Origin: an uncultured bacterium
Lineage (GTDB): Bacteria; Patescibacteriota; CPR2; UBA1875; CAIMLA01
Reading direction: 5' to 3'
NCBI GenBank assembly: GCA_903842085.1
Contig: CAIMLA010000004.1
Span: 1-63,813, forward strand
DNA: 63,813 nt
In this document: positions 45,092 through 53,972 of the stretch, in pieces
How the letters are laid out: every line of letters begins with the position of its first letter
Position numbering within the stretch: the stretch's first letter is position 1
Translations under genes and position numbers: made by a program
The notes under the pieces: model-generated
Seen by the model: only the letters and a program-made list of their open reading frames with translations
What the model was told of the DNA's origin: nothing
Database searches by the model: none

Positions 45092-47290
45092 TTATTTAGA
45101 ATCAGTTTCGATCGGTGGCAGCTCTGGTAAAATCTGGCCTTTTTTCGGTAAGGGCTGGTGACGAAATGGAAGCTTAAAGCCAAAAGTAGAGCCTTTACCT
45201 TCAACCGACTCAAAAAAGATGTCGCCGCCATGATCTTCAATAACCCTCTTGGCCAAATAGATACCGAGACCCGTCCCATCAGGCCTAATTTTACGGGCAT
45301 TAGTGGCTCGGAAAAACTTTTCAAATATTTTGGCCTGTTCTTTCTTTGGTATGCCCACGCCAGTATCTTGGACTGAATACACGATCATCTCTTTCTCTTT
45401 TTTTAAACTGACCGTAATACCACCTTGTTCGGTATAGAAAACGGCGTTGTCGATAAAATTCATGACGACTTGGCGGATTTTGGTTTCATCCACCCAAACG
45501 TGAGGGAGATCATGTGACTTGGTGACCTTTAAATATAAACCCTTTTCGTCAGCTTGCTTTTGCATGTTTTTTACTTCTTGGTTAACCAGTGCCTCTATAT
45601 CAACCTCTGTGGGCTCAATAAAAAACCGCCCCGTATCCATCCTCGAAACATTTAAGAGATCATTGATCAGCCGAACCATTCGATTTGAGCCATCATAGGC
45701 TTCATGAACGAAGTCTTCTTGGTCTTTGGTGATCTTGCCCACGTCGCCCTCTAAAAGCATCGAGAGATAGCCTTTAATGACCGTCAGCGGCGTTCGAAGT
45801 TGGTGGGAGGCCATCGAGATAAACTCATCTTTGGCCTGATCTAGTTCGCGCAGCTGAGCATTTTTTTCTTCTAAGCGTCTAGTCGCCCGCTTGACTTCAT
45901 TTCGAAGGGTGATATTGAAACGACTGATCTCTTCGTATGATTTAGCATTCTCAACAGCCACCGAGACCTCTGGAGCTAAAATCTCAAGAATCCGAAGATC
46001 CTGTTGGTTAAACATATCGCCTGAATTTTTCTCACCCAAGAGCAAAACACCAACAATCTCCTTTTCCGTTTTAAGGGGCAGAGAGATCGCCGCTTCTAGT
46101 TTACGGAGGGGTTCTTTGTACTGCGACGCCTCATCTAACTCATCATAGACAGCCGTCCCATTCCGGGCTAGCTTCAAGGCATCTTTAATCTCTAACTTCG
46201 GCTCTTTTTTGTAACCACTTTTCTGAGTGGCATATAACGAATAGTCTTCTTTGAATAAGATAAAAATACCCCGGGATATTTTCATTTCACTGGTCAAGGT
46301 TTCTAAAACTTTGGCCAAGAGATCTTCCAGAACAATGGTTGAACTCAGAAGATGAGATAAATCGTCTAATAATTTCTGGGGATCATAAGCATTTTTGAAA
46401 AAGATGCGATCAGTTTTGCGGGTAATCCAACGACGTAAGGGTTGGAAAGAAAAGGCCATAATAACGGCCAAAATCGTCCTAATTGCCCCTTGAGTAAGGT
46501 TGATTTGATCAAAACTATCAGTGAAAAATAGCCACTCAATCGCCAAGACACTACCGGCATAAAACAAAGCCAAAGTGGCTAACAAAATTGCATATGTGAT
46601 AGATCTTGCCACTACTAGACGTATATCCATCAAACGATGTTTAACAATAGCATATGAAGTAAATCCAACAAAAAAGATTGTTGCAACAGGAGAAAAGCTT
46701 GCTAAGTTCGCTTCTTTGGAAATAAGAGGCATAATGACACTGAAGAAAGCAACAAGGATAATTGTTATCGAAAAACCTAGAACCACATAACGAGACTGTA
46801 GTTTAGCTAAGCCCCTGCTCTTGAAGTTATTGGAAATAAGAAAATACAAACCGGCCAATAGAGGCATAAGAAAAATAATAAAGAATAAAAGACCTAGAGG
46901 TCCTAGAACTGGATTATAACCCCAGCTCGATTTTTCTGCACCCACTATTACATAATCTGAAAAGATTGTGACTGTTAATAATATAGGAACGATAACCAAC
47001 CAGTTCATTAATTTACTTTTTTTGTGCTTTGACGGAAATGTGTAGGCAAAATATAGAAAGAAGTACCCCGCCCAAACACCCGAAAAATTTGCAATTTTAA
47101 TAAAAGCCATCGAGGTATCAGCACCAGAGGCAACATCAATTAAGTAGTTGAAAACAATCCATAAGCTAACAAAAAGGGTCATAAGGAAAAAAGTAATATT
47201 AACCGAACTCTTTCGGTTTCTTGAGAAAACCAGAAAACCCAAAGTCAAATTCGCTATTGCTATCGTCAAAAAAATATAGACTAAACTCAA
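45092..47290 (-). CDS. sensor histidine kinase (polytopic TM N-terminus, GAF, HisKA, HATPase_c)
   Basis: 732 aa with about 7 TM helices, a GAF-like region (VGVLLLGEKNSGDMFNQQDLRILE), the H-box SHQLRTPLT and the G2 box GTGLGIYLAKRVIEDHGG. Confidence 0.9.
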   Translation of the reverse strand: MSLVYIFLTIAIANLTLGFLVFSRNRKSSVNITFFLMTLFVSLWIVFNYLIDVASGADTSMAFIKIANFSGVWAGYFFLYFAYTFPSKHKKSKLMNWLVIVPILLTVTIFSDYVIVGAEKSSWGYNPVLGPLGLLFFIIFLMPLLAGLYFLISNNFKSRGLAKLQSRYVVLGFSITIILVAFFSVIMPLISKEANLASFSPVATIFFVGFTSYAIVKHRLMDIRLVVARSITYAILLATLALFYAGSVLAIEWLFFTDSFDQINLTQGAIRTILAVIMAFSFQPLRRWITRKTDRIFFKNAYDPQKLLDDLSHLLSSTIVLEDLLAKVLETLTSEMKISRGIFILFKEDYSLYATQKSGYKKEPKLEIKDALKLARNGTAVYDELDEASQYKEPLRKLEAAISLPLKTEKEIVGVLLLGEKNSGDMFNQQDLRILEILAPEVSVAVENAKSYEEISRFNITLRNEVKRATRRLEEKNAQLRELDQAKDEFISMASHQLRTPLTVIKGYLSMLLEGDVGKITKDQEDFVHEAYDGSNRMVRLINDLLNVSRMDTGRFFIEPTEVDIEALVNQEVKNMQKQADEKGLYLKVTKSHDLPHVWVDETKIRQVVMNFIDNAVFYTEQGGITVSLKKEKEMIVYSVQDTGVGIPKKEQAKIFEKFFRATNARKIRPDGTGLGIYLAKRVIEDHGGDIFFESVEGKGSTFGFKLPFRHQPLPKKGQILPELPPIETDSK

Positions 47291-48009
47291 AAAACCCTCC
47301 GCATTATAAACAGCCAGTTTTGCTTTGCATGGATATCCTCTGTCTTAATTATATTCAATTTTGCTTCAACCGCCATCATTTTAATTCCTTCGATCCTATC
47401 AAATGAAATTTCACCCCTATCAGCCATCTTATATATTTTTCTTTGCTCCCAGCTCATCTTTAAATATTTTGGCATATTAGCTATTTCATTAATAAATATG
47501 AATACTTTTTCTATTAAAGAAGTGTTTCTGAAATGTTCCCTAACGAATTCTAAGTTACTTGTGTCTTCATTCGGTTTCGGTGTAACTAAATAAAACGTAG
47601 ATTCCTCGCTCTTCATATATTGTGAAATTTTTCTTATAAAGTTCACTTTATTTTCAAGAAAAAACAACAGATTAATCGAAACTACGACATCATACGATTT
47701 TGATAATATGAAGTTGCTATCGAGGTCGGCCTTAATAAAATCACAATTAGGAGATGCCGCAATTCTGCGAGCAATTTCAAGCATCGATTCTGATGCATCA
47801 ATGGCTGTTATAATCCCCCCATAGCCTCTTTCTATGAGTTCTTTTTCAAGTATTCCGCTTCCACATCCAAGATCTAAAATAGAGCTAGGGTTGCTGGCCA
47901 TTATTAAATCAGCTATATGTCTGTATTTATCTCGGTGGGCTTTAGAAGTTGAAGAGGTGCGGTGAAATGATTTGGCCATTCTGTCCCAGAGGTACATTTC
48001 TTTTTTCAT
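47287..48009 (-). CDS. class I SAM-dependent methyltransferase
   Basis: 240 aa with ILDLGCGSGIL. Its stop overlaps the kinase ATG (ATGA). Confidence 0.85.
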   Translation of the reverse strand: MKKEMYLWDRMAKSFHRTSSTSKAHRDKYRHIADLIMASNPSSILDLGCGSGILEKELIERGYGGIITAIDASESMLEIARRIAASPNCDFIKADLDSNFILSKSYDVVVSINLLFFLENKVNFIRKISQYMKSEESTFYLVTPKPNEDTSNLEFVREHFRNTSLIEKVFIFINEIANMPKYLKMSWEQRKIYKMADRGEISFDRIEGIKMMAVEAKLNIIKTEDIHAKQNWLFIMRRVF

Positions 48010-48798
48010 TTAAGTTTCTACGAATTCTTTCTTGAATATATCGATATATTGAACCTTTGGGCTAACTGGCAGCTCTCTCTCTTCCTTAACGAAGGCTGAC
48101 ACTAAGTCTTCAACTAAAAAAAGTGTAGTAATTATTGGAGCATGGGCCCAAGAGGGAATCGCTACAATTTTTCCAGATTTTATTTCGTCCAGTATTTCAG
48201 ATGTAGCTTCTCGGGGCATTATAGGGAAAAGTGCTTTCAGCATTTTTTCTGGGTTTAGACCCTTTTCGTCAAAAAACAAATCGCCAAAATTGGGACTACC
48301 GGGTTTTATATAAAGATAACTTGCTATAGACCCCGCTATTTGAGAAACCATAACCCAAATCCCCTTTTTTCGTGCAGCATCTTGGAGCGTAATAGCGGCT
48401 TCTAACTTATAAAAGTCTATTCCGTCTATAATGACGTCTACGCCTTCAATAAACTCCATAACGTTCTCCGGGTTTATACCACAATCCCAGCACGTTGTCT
48501 TGATCTCTGGATTGATCTTCTTAAGCTCTTTTTCTACAGCAACTGCCTTATTAATGCCAACTGTTTCGACATTGGAGGCATATTGTCTATTCAGGTTACT
48601 TACTTCAAAATCTTCTGGATCGCAAATTCTGATTTCTCCTACACCTAATCTTGTCAACGTATACGCTGCCATTCCGCCTAACCCTCCAGCTCCAGCTATA
48701 GCCACCTTCAGGTTTTTGATTTTTTCCTGCTCTTCTCTAGTAAAAATACCAATATTCCGTTGAAATATTTCTTCATATGTATATTTTGGTTTTTTCAT
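48010..48798 (-). CDS. ThiF/MoeB/HesA-family E1-like adenylyltransferase
   Basis: 262 aa with VAIAGAGGLGG and SNLNRQ. It abuts the methyltransferase start with no gap. Confidence 0.85.
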   Translation of the reverse strand: MKKPKYTYEEIFQRNIGIFTREEQEKIKNLKVAIAGAGGLGGMAAYTLTRLGVGEIRICDPEDFEVSNLNRQYASNVETVGINKAVAVEKELKKINPEIKTTCWDCGINPENVMEFIEGVDVIIDGIDFYKLEAAITLQDAARKKGIWVMVSQIAGSIASYLYIKPGSPNFGDLFFDEKGLNPEKMLKALFPIMPREATSEILDEIKSGKIVAIPSWAHAPIITTLFLVEDLVSAFVKEERELPVSPKVQYIDIFKKEFVET

Positions 48799-48873
48799 TT
48801 TTTTCTTTTATAAATTATAAGCCTTGCCTTTAATTTAAACAACTAATCGAGATTGCACATTATTACAACCAGC

Positions 48874-49233
48874 CTATTTTATCGCTTTATAAATTTTTTT
48901 ATAAAAAATAATTAAAGCAATCACTAGATAAACAATCAAAAGAATCCAAACCCAAATCGGTATATTATTACCATAAACAATCACATATACATATGGTCCA
49001 AACCAAGCAATTTGGTTGATGATAAAAGCCCGAACAAACTCATGATGCTTTATTATTTCTTTTCCCTTCAGATTGTGTTGTTTTTTTAGGCTAAAAGCAA
49101 CTTTAGCCATTACGAACAAACCATAATAGTAAAATGGAATAGAGATTAAGATTAAAGCAACAAATATATAGGGATCTACATCGTATGTGTTAATGGCTAG
49201 ATCCCTATAATAATTCAAAAAATTAAAGTTCAT
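48874..49233 (-). CDS. small polytopic membrane protein
   Basis: 119 aa with 3-4 hydrophobic helices. It overlaps the upstream ORF by 11 nt. Confidence 0.55.
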   Translation of the reverse strand: MNFNFLNYYRDLAINTYDVDPYIFVALILISIPFYYYGLFVMAKVAFSLKKQHNLKGKEIIKHHEFVRAFIINQIAWFGPYVYVIVYGNNIPIWVWILLIVYLVIALIIFYKKIYKAIK

Positions 49234-50035
49234 TCGGAATCTCTTTCTTCGCTGTGATAATTTTGCCGATATTCAAAATTGCCCTCACAACCACATCACG
49301 ACCCTTATTTTTATAAACATAGTATTCCCCAAAATCATTTACTCTCTTATCTCTATGGGTAATCTTTTTACTAAAAAGAAGTTGAGGTTTATCATCATAA
49401 AAACCTTCCATAATATTTCCTTCTCGGTCCAAAGAACGATATGACTCCCCTTCTTCTTGAAGGAACTTCTTGACTGTTCGCCATGTTTCAGCATCTGCCT
49501 TTTCTATTTTATGAGTATCTGGATCAATCTTATATGGGTCTGGATATATAAAATCAGCCACACGAGCAATCGCTCCTAAAGTGCGAATATTGGGGGTAAT
49601 AAAAACAAATTCGACCTTGAATTTTCCTTTTAGGGCATTTTCTATTAAAACTTTTTTAACTAAAATATAATCCATCGTCTTCAAGATTCCACAATTCTGA
49701 TACTTCGGTGTTGTTGCAGACAAGCCAAAGGTATAAATGTCTCTGTTAAATATCTTATGCTTTCGAATCGGTGCTATACCAATCAAGTCACCTTCTTTAT
49801 TTCGAATAGCACACAATAAATAGGATTGAAGACAAGCTTTGCGGATATATTCCGAATTATATTCTCCCCAGGCTTCAGAGACCAATCTTTTTATTTCTTT
49901 CAAGGCAATTTCTTTAGCGACTTCGCCTATTTTGCCTTTCGGGTTTTTAATAATCTCAGCCAATATTGTTTCTTCTTCATTATTCCTGTGTATTTTTATT
50001 TCTTTTATTTTGCTTTTTTGTGTATATCGAGTCAT
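49223..50035 (-). CDS. hypothetical protein, weakly GNAT-like
   Basis: 270 aa. IYTFGLSATTPKYQNCGILKTM resembles GNAT motif A, but the resemblance is weak. Confidence 0.5.
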   Translation of the reverse strand: MTRYTQKSKIKEIKIHRNNEEETILAEIIKNPKGKIGEVAKEIALKEIKRLVSEAWGEYNSEYIRKACLQSYLLCAIRNKEGDLIGIAPIRKHKIFNRDIYTFGLSATTPKYQNCGILKTMDYILVKKVLIENALKGKFKVEFVFITPNIRTLGAIARVADFIYPDPYKIDPDTHKIEKADAETWRTVKKFLQEEGESYRSLDREGNIMEGFYDDKPQLLFSKKITHRDKRVNDFGEYYVYKNKGRDVVVRAILNIGKIITAKKEIPNEL

Positions 50036-50153
50036 TTAAACAGTCTATTTACAAACTTAATTATAATCTTCCCCTAGCCATAAAACAACTGGCGGTTTTA
50101 GATTATCTAAGAATGTTGCTGAAAAAGTAGAGGCCGGTCTAAATAGTTTGTTA

Positions 50154-51770
50154 CTATTTAAGCCGGCCGTTTTTGACCTCTAGCATATGTGTTGGATTTA
50201 TCTTTTCAATAAGCTCTCGGTCGTGAGTTACCAGTACTATTGTTTCCGGATAGCTTAGAATTGCCTGCTCAAGCTCTTCCATTGCAGGAATGTCCAAATG
50301 GTTTGTTGGTTCGTCGAGCAGCAAAAAGTTTGTTTTTCTTGCTACAATTGCTACCAATAAAAGTCTAGTTCTTTCACCTGGGCTTAGACTACTGGCCAAC
50401 TGCTCCATGCGATCTTCGCCAAAGTTGAATTTTGAGAGGATTGCTCTAAGTTCTGGCTCGTCGATTCCTCCGACTTGTGCCAGTATTTTGGCGTTCTCGA
50501 GGAGTGTCTTTTTTGGAGCAGGAAGAGTTTTGGCTTGATCTATAATGCCAGTAACCACTCCACTGCCTTGATTGACGAGTCCACTTGTTGGTTTCACCAA
50601 GCCACCTAACAAATTATTTAAGGTGGTCTTCCCGCTCCCATTGGAGCCAGTTATTACGATTTTGTCTCTTCGTTTTAGTCGAAGATTAAAGGGTCCTATT
50701 GTTTTGTTATCATAGACGACGGTAGCAGATTCTAGACTAACTATCGTCTCGCTAACCAGACCGTTAGTACCCATGAAAGCAAAGCTAAGATCGATTACAT
50801 TTTGTGGTTTTTGCGGTTCGTTCAGTTTAAGAATTCTGGTCGAGACAGCTTTTGCACTAGCCCCATATTTTGTGGAAGCTTTTTCGCGAGCGGCATTTCT
50901 ACCAAGTTTCTCACTATCAGAAGATGCCTTATTGCCCGCTATTCGCCCAGAAGTTTTCGAAAGTTTCTTCTGAACTTCTTTGAGGCGCTTCTTTTCTTCT
51001 TGGTACTCTTCGTATTCTTTAGCAACCGATACACGATTTGCTTCTCTCGAAGCGACATATTCATCGTAACCAAGAGAATATATATCGATACTGTCCCCAT
51101 TTGGTGAAATATCTGCGATTTTATTTGTAATTGTCCTTAACAGGTGCCTGTCATGCGTGACAATAAGAAAGGTGGATTTAGATCTTAGTAGAAATCCCTC
51201 TAATATCTTGATTCCTTCCAGGTCCAAATCATTCGTGGGTTCATCCAGCAGTACCACATCGAATTGAGAAATCAAGATAGCTGCCAAAAGAAGCCTTCTT
51301 TTTTCTCCACCCGATAGGGTTGAAACGATTTGATCAAGAACGACAGGACTCAAGCCAACCTTTCTAAGTACTTTTTCAAAACGACCATCAAAGGTGTAGT
51401 AACCAAGATGGTCGAGTTTTTCAAGTACTACTCCAAGCCTTTCGACTGATTGTTCCTGAGCCCTTGTTGTTAAGAAATCATATTCCTTTTCCAGATCAAA
51501 TAAGCCCGTCAATTTCTTGACGTAGTCCTTAGCAATTAGCTCTTGATGCTCCGTTATTTCTTGCGGTAGATATCCGATTAGCAACCCATTGTTGACGATT
51601 GATCCAGAGATTGGCTTCAACTCTCCTGCTATGACTTTAAGTAAAGTGGTTTTGCCAACTCCGTTCGGGCCGACTAAACCGATTCGATCTTTGGGGTTTA
51701 TAATTAAAGATACTCCCCGCAAGACTACTTCTGCTTGACAATCAAATCGTATATTCTCGGCTTTTAACAT
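50154..51770 (-). CDS. ABC-F family ATPase (two ABC domains, no TMD)
   Basis: Start trimmed to the ATG at 51770 (GAGGAGGTGA RBS; MLKAENIRF). It has GPNGVGKTTLLK with LSGGEKRR, and GSNGSGKTTL with LSPGERTR. Confidence 0.9.
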   Translation of the reverse strand: MLKAENIRFDCQAEVVLRGVSLIINPKDRIGLVGPNGVGKTTLLKVIAGELKPISGSIVNNGLLIGYLPQEITEHQELIAKDYVKKLTGLFDLEKEYDFLTTRAQEQSVERLGVVLEKLDHLGYYTFDGRFEKVLRKVGLSPVVLDQIVSTLSGGEKRRLLLAAILISQFDVVLLDEPTNDLDLEGIKILEGFLLRSKSTFLIVTHDRHLLRTITNKIADISPNGDSIDIYSLGYDEYVASREANRVSVAKEYEEYQEEKKRLKEVQKKLSKTSGRIAGNKASSDSEKLGRNAAREKASTKYGASAKAVSTRILKLNEPQKPQNVIDLSFAFMGTNGLVSETIVSLESATVVYDNKTIGPFNLRLKRRDKIVITGSNGSGKTTLNNLLGGLVKPTSGLVNQGSGVVTGIIDQAKTLPAPKKTLLENAKILAQVGGIDEPELRAILSKFNFGEDRMEQLASSLSPGERTRLLLVAIVARKTNFLLLDEPTNHLDIPAMEELEQAILSYPETIVLVTHDRELIEKINPTHMLEVKNGRLK

Positions 51771-51795
51771 TTCGATCACCTCCTCAGGTGATTTA

Positions 51796-52317
51796 TTATT
51801 TCTTAGGTATTTTGTAATAAACAATATTTAATGTTTTGCCTGATTGATTGACTTCCTCTTCTTCTTTGAAGATCCGTCCACCTAAAAATTCCGGAATCTT
51901 TCGACTCGCCAGATTTCGTTTATCAACCGGGTAAATAAAATGATCATATGCTAAATTCTTTGACGCCCAATTGTATAAACAAGTCACTGCTTCCAAGCCG
52001 TATTTGTGGCCATGAGCTCCCTTTTTTATCCAAATACCAAAGACGGGTGCTTTTTGATTGAGGTGATGGATCCCGCCCCCGCCAATAAATTCACCAGTCT
52101 TTTTTTCAAAAATATAAACGATAAAATCGGTCCTCGCTTTATTCTCCTTGATAGCCTTATCAAGAAAAGCCAAGGTATCTTCAACCTTTACTGCTGGTGG
52201 TGGTGTCATATATTCGGTAATTTCCGCTGTAAACTCCTTAAAAGCAGTTTTGGCCCACTTTTTCGAGACAGGTTTGAGAATTAATCTTTCTGATTCTAAT
52301 TTATCTGGTATTCTCAT
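51796..52317 (-). CDS. GNAT N-acetyltransferase (RimJ/RimL-like)
   Basis: 173 aa with the SERLILKPVS N-terminus and the GNAT core HGHKYGLEAV. Confidence 0.8.
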   Translation of the reverse strand: MRIPDKLESERLILKPVSKKWAKTAFKEFTAEITEYMTPPPAVKVEDTLAFLDKAIKENKARTDFIVYIFEKKTGEFIGGGGIHHLNQKAPVFGIWIKKGAHGHKYGLEAVTCLYNWASKNLAYDHFIYPVDKRNLASRKIPEFLGGRIFKEEEEVNQSGKTLNIVYYKIPKK

Positions 52318-52367
52318 GTTTTTGATTTTAGCATAAAAAAAGTTAAAGGGGAGGTTTTTACGCTCCC

Positions 52368-53855
52368 CTAGTTGATTGGGGTATAGGTTGCTGTTGAGGT
52401 CCCCGTCAGACCCTCAAAACTCAAGGTTGTGACCGAGAGTAAGATTGGCGCAGGACCTCGAGAAAAATCGAGAATCTGGTAAGTGTAGGGCGTATCCGGC
52501 TTTCGTCCGATTTCGTCAAAACCAGAGGCGCCGCCGGTGCCACCACCAATCAGGTTGACCGATTGATCTTTTTTGACACTCGCCAAATGGTCATGGCCAA
52601 AGATGACCGTTAAAGGCTGGTTTTGCTTTTTGGCCAGCTCAATAACGCCTTCGGCTTGTCTGATGTCGTGGACCGCAATGACTTGTGGTTGGTCTTCAAA
52701 CGACGCCCAAAGAAGGGCAAAATCATCAGAAGCAGAGATTAAAGCGGCTTGGTCAGAATCAATCAGATAGCTCGTCGCGAGTGGATCGCTTTCTCCGACC
52801 AAGGAGAGATCATCAATCTTGATGGTCTGACCTTGAAGGACGGTATAGCCTAAACTCCTGAAAGTCTCGATCGCTGATAAGTCTTCGTGATTTCCTCCGA
52901 CCAGATAAACCGGGACTTTTTTTGCTTTCAGCCGATCAGCAAAAAGATTAGCTTCTTCTGCTCGACCAAAGTTGGTGATATCGCCAGTGATAATGACCGC
53001 GGAGAAAGGACCCAAGCTTCCACTTAGAATGTCGTTGGCTTGACGCATTCCCCAGATATTATCATGGATATCACTGATAACAAGAATTCTAGTCCTGGGA
53101 CCACTCGTTGTCACGATTGACTGGCGATCGACTTGAGCTGAGACATTTTCCAAACCGTCGATGACGTTTCGAAAAACATTCTTCCCAACTGGGTAGTTAC
53201 TGCCCATCTTCTTAACAGCTTCGATAACGGTCGGTAGGTCTTTGGCTAAACCCGTAAATCTCGCTTCCGGAGTCCGATCCAAGGTCAGATAGGTTACGCC
53301 GAGAAAGATTCCCGCGAGTAAAACTAGCGCCAGTGGACCTCGGTATAAGGCGTTTTTGAGAAGCCTTCTAACCCAATGATCTCCACCATTAGTCACAATC
53401 ACGCCCAAAGCCAGGCCGATCAGAGCAACCCAGATAAAGCGATTCCACAAAAAATCGTAGAAAGCGTGGATCGCATCTGGTTTGAATTTAGCGACACCTT
53501 CTTCCCAGGTCTTAGCCAAACTCTGATTATCGGCGAGGTCACTGGCTAAAACGAGATTCATCTCCAGATTGACTGGCGTCTTGTGCGTCGAAAGGTAAAG
53601 CATGCCCGCCGGACCAAGAGAGAATTGAATCTGGCCGCCGGGCCACCCCTGTTCAAGCTTATAGGTTAAGGCGCCTTCAGTGATGTGGTAGGTGACCGGT
53701 TCCGTCAGGCGAGACCAAAAGAATAAGAGAAGAACAACAATCATAACCTTCAAAAAGCCCTTAAAGATAATTTTTCGGTTTTTAGATAGCCTTGTCTTTT
53801 GCTTGAGCAACCCGGTCGGGATTGCCCTAACGATTTTTCGGAATCGATTTGGCAT
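52368..53855 (-). CDS. membrane-anchored calcineurin-like metallophosphoesterase
   Basis: Start trimmed to the ATG at 53855 (AAGGTGG RBS). It has TM helices, ISDIHDN, GDITNFG, GGNHE and GHDH. Confidence 0.85.
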   Translation of the reverse strand: MPNRFRKIVRAIPTGLLKQKTRLSKNRKIIFKGFLKVMIVVLLLFFWSRLTEPVTYHITEGALTYKLEQGWPGGQIQFSLGPAGMLYLSTHKTPVNLEMNLVLASDLADNQSLAKTWEEGVAKFKPDAIHAFYDFLWNRFIWVALIGLALGVIVTNGGDHWVRRLLKNALYRGPLALVLLAGIFLGVTYLTLDRTPEARFTGLAKDLPTVIEAVKKMGSNYPVGKNVFRNVIDGLENVSAQVDRQSIVTTSGPRTRILVISDIHDNIWGMRQANDILSGSLGPFSAVIITGDITNFGRAEEANLFADRLKAKKVPVYLVGGNHEDLSAIETFRSLGYTVLQGQTIKIDDLSLVGESDPLATSYLIDSDQAALISASDDFALLWASFEDQPQVIAVHDIRQAEGVIELAKKQNQPLTVIFGHDHLASVKKDQSVNLIGGGTGGASGFDEIGRKPDTPYTYQILDFSRGPAPILLSVTTLSFEGLTGTSTATYTPIN

Positions 53856-53972
53856 CTCCCCACCTTTCAACTTTCAAGGTACTAAAGTCTTCTAACCACC
53901 GTGGTGGTCGGGTTTAACTTAATACAACTCTATTCATGTGTCAACCCAGGGCTTATAATCTAAGCACATTTT

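Noticed and set aside
48799-48873. A microcin C-like cluster (MccB-like ThiF, MccD-like methyltransferase, MccE-like GNAT) with a tiny precursor ORF upstream of the ThiF gene.
   Set aside because: The only ATG ORF in the gap encodes MCNLD. It has no RBS and no C-terminal Asn. The ThiF-like protein (262 aa) lacks the N-terminal peptide-clamp extension of MccB.
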